Shown piece by piece: positions 17,691 to 27,569 of a DNA stretch of 64,000 nt. Made by a program: the position numbers and the translations under genes. Every line of letters starts with the position of its first letter. The stretch's first letter is position 1. Under the pieces are notes generated by a model. The model saw only the letters and a program-made list of their open reading frames with translations, had not been told where the DNA came from and searched no databases. Source of the stretch: Ruminiclostridium sp. (GTDB taxonomy: Bacteria > Bacillota > Clostridia > Oscillospirales > Ruminococcaceae); contig JAGALB010000043.1 of assembly GCA_017625405.1 (NCBI GenBank), positions 153,900-217,899 of the forward strand. The letters are read 5' to 3'.

Positions 17691-18818
17691 TCATATAAAA
17701 CTGCAGATAAAGAGCAGAACAACAAGAAATACGAAATTAAATAGCGAAAACATTCCTACATAATATCCTGTTTTACCCGGGTTTCTGCTGGTGTATTCAC
17801 GGAAGGTTATCAGGCTTGCAAGAGAAGCGATAAGCGTTCCTGTTCCGCCTATATTTACTCCCCACAACAGATCAGCGTAATTATCGGTGAATTGCGAAAG
17901 AAGGACTGCACTCGGTACATTGCTGATAACCTGGCATGATAATGCACTGAAAATGAGTGTGTTCTTTTCCAGAAGTGAAGAAAGAATATCCTTGATTATT
18001 CCTATTCTTGACATGTTTCCCGCAAAAACAAACATACAGGCAAAAGTGCCGAGAAGTGAATAGTCAACCTTAGCGATTGCCTTTCTGTCGGCAATCAAAA
18101 GGCTTATAAGAATTATCACAAGACCGATCCAGTAGGGAATAACACGGAATACGATAATAATTGACAATGCAAAAAGTATAATATAGAATGAAGCACGTAA
18201 TTTTGGTATGTGTTCATTGTTTTCAGAAGTAAGAACTATCTTTTCTTTACTTACGAACAGACAGCATATAAGAATCATGGCTGTTGCTGCTGCAAAGGGA
18301 ATAAACATTATACTGACAAATTCGTGGGTGGGTATATTGAATTCGGTGTATAGATACAGGTTCTGTGGATTGCCGAACGGGGTGAGCATTCCGCCCAGAT
18401 TGGCGGCAATATTCTGTAAAATGAATGTATATGCCATCCATTCTTCTTTTTTAGCAGCTTCCAGCACATAATATCCAAGAGGCAGGAAGGTAAGAAGTGC
18501 CATATCGTTGGCGATAAGCATGGAACCGAAAAATGTGATGAAAATAAGGGTTGTTACGGCTGTTCTCAGAGTTCCTGATTTTCTTACGATGCTTCTTGCA
18601 AGAATTGTGAAGAACCTGATATTCTTAAGTGCACAGACAACGGCGAGCGTACAGAAAAGGCAGGTAAGGGTTTTGAAATCAAAATATCCTATGTATTCCT
18701 TATCCGGTGGAATAATCAGGCAGGTTATCAGTGCAAGCACCGCTGCAATGCAGAAAACGGCATTATGCTTTATAAAGGCGGTGGTGTATTTAAGAGGTTT
18801 CTTTATTATATTGGGCAT
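17691..18818 (-). CDS. Polytopic anion/ion permease of the ArsB/NhaD-CitMHS superfamily
   Basis: 375 aa, about 10 hydrophobic helices. Family assignment by overall resemblance only. SD AAGGAAG. Confidence 0.65.
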   Translation of the reverse strand: MPNIIKKPLKYTTAFIKHNAVFCIAAVLALITCLIIPPDKEYIGYFDFKTLTCLFCTLAVVCALKNIRFFTILARSIVRKSGTLRTAVTTLIFITFFGSMLIANDMALLTFLPLGYYVLEAAKKEEWMAYTFILQNIAANLGGMLTPFGNPQNLYLYTEFNIPTHEFVSIMFIPFAAATAMILICCLFVSKEKIVLTSENNEHIPKLRASFYIILFALSIIIVFRVIPYWIGLVIILISLLIADRKAIAKVDYSLLGTFACMFVFAGNMSRIGIIKDILSSLLEKNTLIFSALSCQVISNVPSAVLLSQFTDNYADLLWGVNIGGTGTLIASLASLITFREYTSRNPGKTGYYVGMFSLFNFVFLVVLLFICSFI

Positions 18819-18963
18819 AGATGTACTTCCTTATTTTGTTAGCAAAGGAATTATATCACAGTAAGAAAATAGCCGCAATAGGCGGTACTGCTGAAAAAAG
18901 CTGTTTAAAACTTGTTTTTTTTGATTTATTTTGCACTTAGTTGAAAAAAGTTTGAAAAAAGTA

Positions 18964-18991
18964 TTGACAAATATGCATTTTATGCTATAAT
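18964..18991 (+). promoter_or_regulatory. Putative sigma-A promoter of the ylxM-ffh operon
   Basis: TTGACA-16 nt-TATAAT. Confidence 0.6.
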
Positions 18992-19041
18992 AGTAACTGC
19001 TGTAAACAAAAAAAGGTTTACACCTGTCGGGAGGTTGTGTG

Positions 19042-19374
19042 ATGGCAAAGGATTTACATTTCACCATGCTTCTTGATGTTTATGGTTCGCTTCTGACAGA
19101 TAAACAGCGTGAAACGCTGGATTATTATTATAATGATGATTTGTCTCTCGGTGAAATTTCCGAAGAAACAGGCATAACCCGTCAGGGCGTTATGAATTGC
19201 ATAAAGAAATGCGAACAGCGCCTTCTGGAGCTTGAAGATTCATTAGGATTGGTAGAGAGATTTACCGCACTGAAGGCTGACATGGAAAAACTCGAAGCAC
19301 TTGTTGCTGACAGGGATTCTGCAGATAAAGCGGAATTACTCAGTATAATTGATGATATAAAGCGAAAGCTTTAG
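19042..19374 (+). CDS. ylxM: YlxM/UPF0122 sigma-70-region-4-like HTH protein preceding ffh
   Basis: LTDKQRETLDYYYNDDLSLGEISEETGITRQGV. Conserved position upstream of ffh. ATG 19042 is 7 nt after GGGAGG. Confidence 0.8.
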   Translation: MAKDLHFTMLLDVYGSLLTDKQRETLDYYYNDDLSLGEISEETGITRQGVMNCIKKCEQRLLELEDSLGLVERFTALKADMEKLEALVADRDSADKAELLSIIDDIKRKL

Positions 19375-19388
19375 AAAGGAGGAGCGTT

Positions 19389-20756
19389 ATGGCATTTGAA
19401 GGTCTTTCCGAGAAACTCGGTAAAGTATTCAAAACCCTTAAGGGTTACGGTAAGTTGAATGAAAAGACCGTAAACGAGGCAATGCGTGAAGTAAAGATGG
19501 CGCTTCTCGAAGCTGACGTAAGTTACAAGGTTGTAAAGGACTTTGTAAAGAAGGTAAGTGAACGTGCAGTAGGCTCTAAGGTTATGGAAAGCCTTACTCC
19601 TGCGCAGCAGGTTATTGATATTGTTCACGATGAACTCTGCAAGCTTATGGGCGAAACCAACGCCCGCATAAACTTCCCCTCAAAGCCTCCCTGCATTATT
19701 ATGATGTGCGGTTTACAGGGTGCAGGCAAGACTACACATGCAGCCAAGCTTGCAAAGTACTTAAAGGGACAGAACAGACGTCCTATGATTGCAGCCTGCG
19801 ATATTTACAGACCTGCGGCTATTGACCAGCTTAAGGTTGTAGGCGAAAAGGCAGGGGCAAGAGTTTTCGAGATGGGACAGGAGAATCCCGTTAAGATTGC
19901 TAAGGAAAGTATAAAGTTTGCAAAGGACAACGGCTATGACGTTGTAATCCTTGATACAGCAGGTCGTCTCCATATAGATGATCAGCTTATGGATGAGCTT
20001 AAGAACATAAATGATGAGGTACACCCCGATGAAATCATGCTTACTGTCGATTCAATGACAGGTCAGGATGCGGTAAATGTAGCCAAGAGCTTTAATGAAG
20101 CTCTTGAAATTACCGGCGTTGTACTTACAAAGCTTGACGGTGATACCAGAGGCGGTGCGGCTCTGTCCGTACTTGCTGTAACAGGTAAGCCTGTAAAGTT
20201 TGCAGGTGTCGGTGAAAAGATTGATGATCTGGAGCAGTTCCATCCTGACAGAATGGCAAAGCGTATTCTTGGCATGGGCGATGTGCTTTCGCTTATTGAA
20301 AAGGCAAAGGATACCTTTGATGAAAAGGAAGCAGAAAAGCTTGCCAAGAAAATGCAGCAGAACAAGTTCGATATGAACGATCTGCTTTCTCAGTTTGAAC
20401 AGATTGAAAAAATGGGCAGTATAAGTTCAATTATCAATATGATTCCCGGTATGAGCGGCAAAATCAAGGAAGAAGATATTGACGAAAAGAAAATGCCCCG
20501 TACAAAGGCAATTATTCAGTCAATGACAAAGCGTGAGCGTGAAAAACCGTCAATTATTGATGCCAAGCGCAAGCGCAGAATTGCCGCAGGTTCAGGAACA
20601 AAGGTTGAAGATGTAAATGCACTTCTCAAGCAATTTGACATGATGCAGAAGATGATGAAGCAGATGGGCGGCGGAAAGAAAGGTATTCCGAAGCATATGC
20701 TCAAGAAACTCGGCAACATGGGCGGAATGGGTGGCATGAACGGCTTCCCGATGTAA
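19389..20756 (+). CDS. ffh: Signal recognition particle protein Ffh
   Basis: 455 aa. GLQGAGKTT P-loop, DTAGR, TKLDGD, Met-rich C-terminal M domain. Confidence 0.97.
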   Translation: MAFEGLSEKLGKVFKTLKGYGKLNEKTVNEAMREVKMALLEADVSYKVVKDFVKKVSERAVGSKVMESLTPAQQVIDIVHDELCKLMGETNARINFPSKPPCIIMMCGLQGAGKTTHAAKLAKYLKGQNRRPMIAACDIYRPAAIDQLKVVGEKAGARVFEMGQENPVKIAKESIKFAKDNGYDVVILDTAGRLHIDDQLMDELKNINDEVHPDEIMLTVDSMTGQDAVNVAKSFNEALEITGVVLTKLDGDTRGGAALSVLAVTGKPVKFAGVGEKIDDLEQFHPDRMAKRILGMGDVLSLIEKAKDTFDEKEAEKLAKKMQQNKFDMNDLLSQFEQIEKMGSISSIINMIPGMSGKIKEEDIDEKKMPRTKAIIQSMTKREREKPSIIDAKRKRRIAAGSGTKVEDVNALLKQFDMMQKMMKQMGGGKKGIPKHMLKKLGNMGGMGGMNGFPM

Positions 20757-20816
20757 TTTGACTTCATTGCAGAATATCTGCTTTGATATATAAATCTATG
20801 AAAGGAGAAAACTAAA

Positions 20817-21059
20817 ATGGCAGTAAAAATCAGACTCAGAAGAATGGGCGCTAAGAAGGCTCCTTTCTATCGTGTAGTTGTTGCTGATTCCCGTTACCCC
20901 AGAGATGGTCGTTTCATCGAAGAAATCGGCTACTATGATCCTACAAAGGAACCCAACGTAGTAAAGATTGACGCTGAAAAGGCTCAGCAGTGGATCAAGA
21001 ACGGCGCACAGCCTACAGATACAGTTAAGAAGCTTTTAAAGAACAACGGTATCGGTTAA
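20817..21059 (+). CDS. rpsP: 30S ribosomal protein S16
   Basis: 80 aa [26 protein letters not shown]. Confidence 0.97.
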   Translation: MAVKIRLRRMGAKKAPFYRVVVADSRYPRDGRFIEEIGYYDPTKEPNVVKIDAEKAQQWIKNGAQPTDTVKKLLKNNGIG

Positions 21060-21071
21060 TCGGAGGCACAT

Positions 21072-21305
21072 ATGAAAGAATTGTTATACGCAATGGTAGG
21101 CGAACTTGTCGAGGATGAATCGGCAATTGAAATTACCGTTGATGAGCCCAAGGAAGACGGAACTATTGTGTATCATTTACATGTTGCTCCCAATGATATG
21201 GGCCGTGTTATCGGCAAGCAGGGCAGAATTGCCAAGGCAATCCGTACAATTATGCGTGCCGGCGCTGTAAGACACAGCGAAAAGGTTATGGTCGAAATCG
21301 ACTGA
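21072..21305 (+). CDS. KH-domain RNA-binding protein (YlqC-like)
   Basis: 77 aa, GRVIGKQGRIAKAIRT KH motif. Conserved position after rpsP. Confidence 0.85.
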   Translation: MKELLYAMVGELVEDESAIEITVDEPKEDGTIVYHLHVAPNDMGRVIGKQGRIAKAIRTIMRAGAVRHSEKVMVEID

Positions 21306-21317
21306 TTGTAATGAGAA

Positions 21318-21358
21318 GCGTTTCGCAACGGCAGTTTGCCTTGCGAAGCGGCTTTTTA
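21318..21358 (+). terminator. Rho-independent terminator after the ffh-rpsP-KH unit
   Basis: Long imperfect stem (TTCGCAA...GGCA/TGCC...TTGCGAA) followed by GCTTTTTATT. Confidence 0.7.
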
Positions 21359-21377
21359 TTAGTTTAAGGAGAATTAA

Positions 21378-22289
21378 ATGAAAAATTTCATTAGAAATAT
21401 ATCTGCATTATCAGTTTGTGCTGTAATGCTTTTATCAGGCTGTTCTTCAGCTCTTGAAAGTAATCATGCATATCCCGAGGGTTATGTTCCGGTTCAGCCC
21501 GTAACAGAAATTTCCATTACAGAGGATACATCGGAATTTATGGGCAATACAGGCGATGTTACACTTGAAAAGGGTGACACATACGCTGTTATCAGAGTAA
21601 AAGGCTATGGCGACATAAAAATCAAGCTTTTCCCCGAAGCAGTGCCTTATGCTGTTCAGAATTTCATTGATCTGGCTAACAGCGGTTATTATGACGGTAA
21701 GACATTCCACCGTGTAATCAGCGATTTCATGATTCAGGGTGCTTCTCTTAACGGTGACGGAACAGGCGGCACAGATTCAAACGGCGGCGAATTCAAGTGT
21801 GAAATAAACACAAAGCTCCGTCATTATTATGGTGCTCTTTGTTATGCAAGTGCAATGGGCAGCAATACTTGTCAGTTCTACATTGTTAATAATAAAACAT
21901 CTGTTAACGATCCTGCGCTTCAGTATCAGACATACGGCAGTTACTACGCATCTTCTGCTGAACAGTATACAGAAATGCTTGGTCAATATGAAGAAGGCAG
22001 CTATGAATACGATCTGATTCAGCAGTATATCAGATACTATAATGATTCAGTTGCCGGAATCGGAGCAATGTATAACACAACAGATGAAACTGTAAAGGCT
22101 AAATATGCTGCTCAGGGCGGTGTGCCTTTCCTTGACGGTGGTTATGTTGTATTCGGACAGACAGTTGAAGGCTTTGATGTAATTGATAAAATTTCAGCGG
22201 TTGAAGTTGCTTCAAACGCTGCTGGTGAAGCAAGCTCACCTGTTAAAGAAATAACTATCGAAAAGGTAGTTATCAGAATAGTCGATTAA
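21378..22289 (+). CDS. Cyclophilin-type peptidyl-prolyl isomerase lipoprotein with an internal insertion of about 70 aa
   Basis: Lipobox LLSGCSS. Cyclophilin blocks FHRVISDFMIQGA, NTCQFYIV, GGYVVFGQTVEGFDVIDKI. Confidence 0.85.
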   Translation: MKNFIRNISALSVCAVMLLSGCSSALESNHAYPEGYVPVQPVTEISITEDTSEFMGNTGDVTLEKGDTYAVIRVKGYGDIKIKLFPEAVPYAVQNFIDLANSGYYDGKTFHRVISDFMIQGASLNGDGTGGTDSNGGEFKCEINTKLRHYYGALCYASAMGSNTCQFYIVNNKTSVNDPALQYQTYGSYYASSAEQYTEMLGQYEEGSYEYDLIQQYIRYYNDSVAGIGAMYNTTDETVKAKYAAQGGVPFLDGGYVVFGQTVEGFDVIDKISAVEVASNAAGEASSPVKEITIEKVVIRIVD

Positions 22290-22296
22290 AAAGGGA

Positions 22297-22332
22297 AAAT
22301 CCGTATTGCGATTGTCGCAATGCGGATTTTTT
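22297..22332 (+). terminator. Rho-independent terminator
   Basis: AAAATCCGTATTGCG/CGCAATGCGGATTTT stem followed by T-run. Confidence 0.85.
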
Positions 22333-22353
22333 GTACAAAATCAAGAAAAACAC

Positions 22354-22382
22354 TTGAAAAAATAGTAAAGTTATAGTATAAT
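22354..22382 (+). promoter_or_regulatory. Putative sigma-A promoter of the SBP-rnf transcription unit
   Basis: TTGAAA-17 nt-TATAAT. Confidence 0.55.
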
Positions 22383-22531
22383 ATGTTTATATTTGTGTGT
22401 AAAAATTATTACATGCAGATGACTGTTTCGGCTTGTATGTCGATTTCATTTATTTTTATAAGAGTGAATATCATGATATTGTACGCAAACTTGCTGAATC
22501 AGTAACGGAATCTGAAAATTTAGGTGATTAT

Positions 22532-23443
22532 TTGAAAAAAATTATTTTATTATTGCTGTTCGGTTGTGTTTCGCTGTGTTCCTGTGAAATCAGAATGGAA
22601 ACTTCTGTTACAACGGATGACGGCGTGCCTGCAATTGTAACTACTGTAATTTCCGATACGGAAGCGGCTGAACCCCAGCCGTATCCTGTTGTTATAAATG
22701 ATACAGAGATTATTGAAGCCCCTGAAAGTGTTGTCAGCCTTTCTCCTTCGCTTACAGAGATACTCTGTGAAATGGGTTATGGCGATAAGCTCACAGGAAG
22801 AGGCAGCTACTGCGATTATCCGACTGACATTTCCTCGGTAAAAGATGTCGGTCGTCCTTCAAAACCTGATATTGATGCTATAATTTCTCTTTCTCCCGAT
22901 GTGCTTTTCACTGCAACTGCAATTCCCACAAAGGATTTGTACAGGCTTGAGGAAAGCGGAATTTCCGTTGTTTACATACCGTACCCACGTGATATGGAGC
23001 AGTTTGAAAATATCTATACTGCCATCGGTCTTGTGTTTGAAGGTAAATTCGATGGTGAAGCCGCAGGTGAAAAGGCATTTTCTGTTATTGACTCTGCTTT
23101 TAAGGAATCGGATATATCTCTCGGTAATTTTGTATATATTACAGAAGGGCTTACAGTTTCAACAGGTGATACTTTTGAAAGCTCAGTGCTTTCTTCATTT
23201 GGTACAAATATTGCCGAAACGGGAAACAATTACGGCTATGAGAAGGAATTTCTGATTGAATTCCAGCCCGACGTTATAATTCTCAACGATAATTACAGTA
23301 TAGATGATCTGGCTGCTGATGAAATATACAGTCAGCTTGCTGCAGTGAACGAAGGCAGGGTATACAGTCTGAGCAGCGTTTATTTTGAGCGCCCTTCGGG
23401 AAGGCTCACTGAAATTGTAGATTCGCTCAAGGAAATAGGATAA
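22532..23443 (+). CDS. BtuF/FhuD-like (class III) ABC substrate-binding lipoprotein, orphan
   Basis: Blocks VVSLSPSLTEILCEMG, PDIDAIISLSPDVLF, FQPDVIILND. Start reassigned to TTG 22532 (SD AGGTGA 5 nt upstream), giving a lipobox LLLLFGCVSLCSC. Confidence 0.7.
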   Translation: MKKIILLLLFGCVSLCSCEIRMETSVTTDDGVPAIVTTVISDTEAAEPQPYPVVINDTEIIEAPESVVSLSPSLTEILCEMGYGDKLTGRGSYCDYPTDISSVKDVGRPSKPDIDAIISLSPDVLFTATAIPTKDLYRLEESGISVVYIPYPRDMEQFENIYTAIGLVFEGKFDGEAAGEKAFSVIDSAFKESDISLGNFVYITEGLTVSTGDTFESSVLSSFGTNIAETGNNYGYEKEFLIEFQPDVIILNDNYSIDDLAADEIYSQLAAVNEGRVYSLSSVYFERPSGRLTEIVDSLKEIG

Positions 23444-23464
23444 AAATCTGAAAGGTGTTGTAAG

Positions 23465-24763
23465 ATGAAACTTCGTACAGTTAAATTGCCGCATTTCAAT
23501 AATGCAGCGGAAATTGCATCAACAGAAATAAGACTCCCTGAAAAGGTTATAATCAGCATGTCACAGCACGGCGGTGTTCCATGTACACCTCTTGTAAATG
23601 TCGGCGATACTGTAAAGACAGGTCAGCTTATCGGTATAAGCGATGCTGTTATTTCCGCACCTGTTCATTCGAGCGTTACAGGCAAGGTAACTGAAATTAC
23701 CGAAATAATCAATGTATTCGGTAAGAGAAATAAAGCAGTAGTCATCGAAACAGACTTAAGACAGACACTTCACGAAGATATCAAACCTCCTGTTATTGAT
23801 ACCAGGGAGGATTTCATAAAGGCTGTAAAGGACAGTGGTTCGGTCGGTCTCGGCGGTGCCGGTTTTCCTACATATGTAAAACTCAATTGTCCTGAAGATT
23901 CTGGTGTTGATACACTTGTGGTAAACGGTGCGGAATGTGAACCATATATTACTTCCGACTACCGTGCTTTTATGGAGGACGGCGAAAAAATTGCAGCCGG
24001 TATTCGGATTATTCTTGAAAAGTTAGGGCTTAAACGTGCGGTAATCGGTATTGAAGCGGATAAGCCACAGGCGATAAAGAAAATGCGCAGTCTTACGGAA
24101 AAGGATGACAATATTTCGGTCGCATCCCTTAAATCTCTTTATCCTCAGGGCGCAGAAAAGGTGCTTATCTACAATACAACAGGCAGGGTAGTGGAAGCAG
24201 GAAAGCTCCCTATGGCTGCAGGCTGCATCGTAATAAACTGTTCTACCGTTGCATTTATCTATGATTACATAAAGACGGGAATACCGCTTATAAAGCGAAG
24301 AATTACTGTTGACGGACCTATTGTGAACAAGCCTGCCAACCTTATTGTGCCCGTTGGTATAAGAATAAAGGATATTCTTGAGGCGGCAAATGTAAGAAAG
24401 CAGCCTGACAGGGTTCTTATGGGCGGTCCTATGATGGGTACATGTATTTATGACGAGAACACTCCTGTTTCAAAGACAAACAATGCTGTTCTTCTTTTTG
24501 CTGACACAAAACCATCCGCTACAACAGCCTGCATCCGCTGCGGCAGATGCGTCAACGCCTGCTCAATGGGACTTATGCCTACTGAGCTTGAACACGCTTA
24601 TGATGCAAAGGACTCGGAACTTCTCGAAAAACTCAATATCAATCTTTGCATGAACTGCGGCGCATGTACATTCGTATGTCCTGCAAAACGTAATATTTCC
24701 GAAAAGAATCAATTAGCAAAGCTTTTTGTGCGTCAGAGCAAAGAAGCAAAACTGAAAGGATAA
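23465..24763 (+). CDS. rnfC: Rnf electron-transport complex subunit C
   Basis: 432 aa. GLGGAGFPT NADH/FMN motif and two C-terminal 4Fe-4S CxxCxxCxxxCP motifs. Confidence 0.93.
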   Translation: MKLRTVKLPHFNNAAEIASTEIRLPEKVIISMSQHGGVPCTPLVNVGDTVKTGQLIGISDAVISAPVHSSVTGKVTEITEIINVFGKRNKAVVIETDLRQTLHEDIKPPVIDTREDFIKAVKDSGSVGLGGAGFPTYVKLNCPEDSGVDTLVVNGAECEPYITSDYRAFMEDGEKIAAGIRIILEKLGLKRAVIGIEADKPQAIKKMRSLTEKDDNISVASLKSLYPQGAEKVLIYNTTGRVVEAGKLPMAAGCIVINCSTVAFIYDYIKTGIPLIKRRITVDGPIVNKPANLIVPVGIRIKDILEAANVRKQPDRVLMGGPMMGTCIYDENTPVSKTNNAVLLFADTKPSATTACIRCGRCVNACSMGLMPTELEHAYDAKDSELLEKLNINLCMNCGACTFVCPAKRNISEKNQLAKLFVRQSKEAKLKG

Positions 24764-24767
24764 TTAA

Positions 24768-25709
24768 ATGAATAATTTTCTGATTGAACCTTCACCGCAT
24801 ATCAAAAGTTCCATTACAACACAGAAAGTAATGCTTCACGTTATTATTGCTCTTTTTCCTGCCGTAGTTGCGGGTACAATAATTTTCGGACTCAGAGCAT
24901 TACTGCTTGTTGTGCTTTGTGCGACCTTCTGTGTTCTGGCTGAATATATTTTTAATCTGATAACAAAACGTAAGCAGACTGTTTCCGATCTTTCTGCCGT
25001 TGTTACCGGTATTCTGCTCGGACTTAATCTTCCGGTATCCTTACCCATATATATGGCTGCTATCGGTTCGGTTGCTGCAATTGTTGTTGTAAAGCAGTTC
25101 TTCGGCGGTATCGGACAGAATTTTGCAAATCCTGCTATTACAGGCAGAATTATCCTTATGCTTTCCTTTGCTTCGTATATGACAACATGGAGTGAACCGT
25201 TCTGGTACATGAACAGCGGTGTTGATGCAGTTGCGACTGCTACTCCTCTTGCTATGGCAGAAAGTGAGCTGCCGTCATATCTTGATATGTTCCTGGGTCT
25301 CAGAGCAGGCTGTATCGGTGAAACCTGTATTGCTGCGCTTCTGCTCGGCGGAATATATCTTATTTCATTAAAGCTTATAAACCCTGTGACCCCTGTAGCT
25401 TTCATCGGTACTGTTGCAATCTGCACAGCACTGGCAGGCGGGGATGTTCTTATGGAAATCATGTCGGGCGGCCTTGTTATCGGTGCTTTCTTTATGGCGA
25501 CTGACTATGCTACAACACCCCTTACCACAAAGGGCAAGCTTATTTTCGCAATCGGCTGCGGCCTTATCACATTCTTAATACGTGAGTTCGGTACATATCC
25601 TGAAGGTGTTTCCTATTCAATTCTTGTAATGAATATTGTGACACCTCAGATTGATAAGTTTACAATGAACAAACCCTTCGGTGTAAAGAAGGAGGCGAAG
25701 CAGAAATGA
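24768..25709 (+). CDS. rnfD: Rnf complex subunit D
   Basis: 313 aa polytopic. NqrB/RnfD resemblance (GGIGQNFANPA, ATATPL, FFMATDYATTP). Confidence 0.92.
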   Translation: MNNFLIEPSPHIKSSITTQKVMLHVIIALFPAVVAGTIIFGLRALLLVVLCATFCVLAEYIFNLITKRKQTVSDLSAVVTGILLGLNLPVSLPIYMAAIGSVAAIVVVKQFFGGIGQNFANPAITGRIILMLSFASYMTTWSEPFWYMNSGVDAVATATPLAMAESELPSYLDMFLGLRAGCIGETCIAALLLGGIYLISLKLINPVTPVAFIGTVAICTALAGGDVLMEIMSGGLVIGAFFMATDYATTPLTTKGKLIFAIGCGLITFLIREFGTYPEGVSYSILVMNIVTPQIDKFTMNKPFGVKKEAKQK

Positions 25710-26269
25710 TGAAATATATTAAGCCTGTTATCGTTCTTTCTCTTATTACAACAATTGTTTCTGCGCTTCTTATTGTTACGTATAATCTTACTTACGTTGA
25801 CACTTCAGGAATAATTACCGATGAGCTTATGGAAAAATGTGTTTATCTCATGGGCGAAGGTGATTATTCAATAGTTACCGACTGGAAGGCAGATGGTTAT
25901 GCCATTGATAAGCCTGAAAATGTCGAAAAGCTGATAAAAAAATCTGACGGCTCGGTTGCTTTTCAGATTGTAACCAGCGGTTACAATAAGAATGGTCTTG
26001 ATTTACTTATTGCAATGAATGATGACGGTACAATCAAAGGTACTGCAATTGTTTCAATTTCTGAAACTCCCGGTCTTGGCACAAAGGTAAATGATGCTGC
26101 TTTTCTTGACAGTTTTACCGGTATTGGTGATGCAGTTGCAATCGTAAAGAATGCACCTGTAAACGAAAACGAAGTCCAGGCTGTCACAGGCGCAACATAT
26201 TCGTCCAAGGGCGTTGCCGAAGCGATAAACATCGCTATTGAAACTTACAGGGAAATGGGGGTAGCGTAA
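25706..26269 (+). CDS. rnfG: Rnf complex subunit G (FMN-binding)
   Basis: 187 aa, N-terminal TM, FMN attachment region AVTGATYSSKG. Confidence 0.9.
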   Translation: MMKYIKPVIVLSLITTIVSALLIVTYNLTYVDTSGIITDELMEKCVYLMGEGDYSIVTDWKADGYAIDKPENVEKLIKKSDGSVAFQIVTSGYNKNGLDLLIAMNDDGTIKGTAIVSISETPGLGTKVNDAAFLDSFTGIGDAVAIVKNAPVNENEVQAVTGATYSSKGVAEAINIAIETYREMGVA

Positions 26270-26944
26270 ATGAGTTACATGAAAGAATTTACAAAGGGTC
26301 TTATCAAAGAAAACCCCAATCTTGTAATGCTTCTTGGTATGTGTCCTACACTCGCCGTTACTGTAATGGCAGAAAACGGTCTTGGTATGGGACTTGCCAC
26401 AACTTTTGTACTTGTATGTTCAAACCTTGTTATTTCCTTGCTGAAAAAGGTAATCCCCGACACAGTAAGACTTCCTTGCTTTATTGTAATCATTGCAGGC
26501 TTTGTAACTCTTGTCAGCCTGCTTCTTGACGCATTTCTTCCTGAGCTTGCCAAGGAGCTCGGTGTTTTCTTAAGCCTTATTACAGTAAACTGCATTATTC
26601 TCGGAAGAGCTGAAATGTTTGCTTGCAAGAATAAGGTGCTTCCGTCAGTGCTCGACGGTCTTGGAATGGGTCTCGGATTTACAGCATCCTTATTTATTGT
26701 CGGTTCAATCCGTGAAATCCTCGGAACAGGCATGTGGATGGGTATAACTATTGCCCCTGATTTTCTTGAGCCTATGACATTATTCATTCTGCCTGCAGGC
26801 GGTTTCTTTACTCTTGGTTGTGTAATCGCCATTGTAGGTAAGCTTACAGGAAAGAAGCCCAGAAAGATAACCTGTGAAGGTTGTCCCAGCAGAGGCTCAT
26901 GTGAATTTGCCGCAAAGGAGGAAACAACAGATGGAGCTTGCTAA
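26270..26944 (+). CDS. rnfE: Rnf complex subunit E
   Basis: 224 aa. NP.LV.LLGMCP..AVT signature, polytopic. Confidence 0.9.
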   Translation: MSYMKEFTKGLIKENPNLVMLLGMCPTLAVTVMAENGLGMGLATTFVLVCSNLVISLLKKVIPDTVRLPCFIVIIAGFVTLVSLLLDAFLPELAKELGVFLSLITVNCIILGRAEMFACKNKVLPSVLDGLGMGLGFTASLFIVGSIREILGTGMWMGITIAPDFLEPMTLFILPAGGFFTLGCVIAIVGKLTGKKPRKITCEGCPSRGSCEFAAKEETTDGAC

Positions 26945-27533
26945 AAATCTTATGATGATACTCCTTACGGGAATTCTTGCCGAGAACTTTATTTTAAGCA
27001 AATTCTACGGTATCTGTCCTTTCCTTGGAGTTTCAAAGACAACATCAGGCGCTGTTGGCATGGGTTTTGCCGTTACATTTGTAATGGTTGGTGCAAGTGC
27101 CGTTACATACCCCATATATTACGGTGTTCTGGTTCCTCTCAATATTACATATCTCAATACAATCTGCTTTATTCTGGTAATTGCAACCTTTGTACAGATT
27201 GTAGAAATGGTTCTTAAAAAGTTCATTCCTCCGCTTTATAAGTCGCTGGGTGTTTATCTGCCGCTTATAACAACAAATTGTGCTGTTCTTGGTGTTACAA
27301 TTCTTAATATTGATAATGAGTATGGATTCCTCGAATCAATAACAAATGCGCTTGCAGGCGGCATCGGTTTCCTTCTTGTAATGGTTATTTTTTCCGGCGT
27401 ACGTGGCAGAATTGAAAAGTGCAATGTACCTAAGGCTCTCGAAGGTACACCCATAACACTTATTGCTGCTTCAATTACTTCCTTGTCATTTGTGGGCTTC
27501 GGAGGCCTTGCAGACGGTATTTTCGGAGCATAA
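26931..27533 (+). CDS. rnfA: Rnf complex subunit A
   Basis: Start moved to ATG 26931 (MELAKNLMMILL...) with SD AAAGGAGG. ENFILSKFYGICPFLGVS signature. The listed start 26874 lies inside rnfE. Confidence 0.9.
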   Translation: MELAKNLMMILLTGILAENFILSKFYGICPFLGVSKTTSGAVGMGFAVTFVMVGASAVTYPIYYGVLVPLNITYLNTICFILVIATFVQIVEMVLKKFIPPLYKSLGVYLPLITTNCAVLGVTILNIDNEYGFLESITNALAGGIGFLLVMVIFSGVRGRIEKCNVPKALEGTPITLIAASITSLSFVGFGGLADGIFGA

Positions 27534-27569
27534 TTCTTCAGGAATTTTTAAGTTAAAAAGATTCCTGAT

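Noticed and set aside
22383-22531. Cobalamin riboswitch upstream of the BtuF-like binding protein
   Set aside because: The leader of about 150 nt is AT-rich and lacks anything resembling the conserved B12 box or GC-rich helices.
22433-22531. N-terminal 33-aa extension of the BtuF-like ORF (MYVDFIYFYK...)
   Set aside because: No SD precedes it, and it would bury the lipoprotein signal peptide. TTG 22532 has a good SD and yields a proper lipobox.
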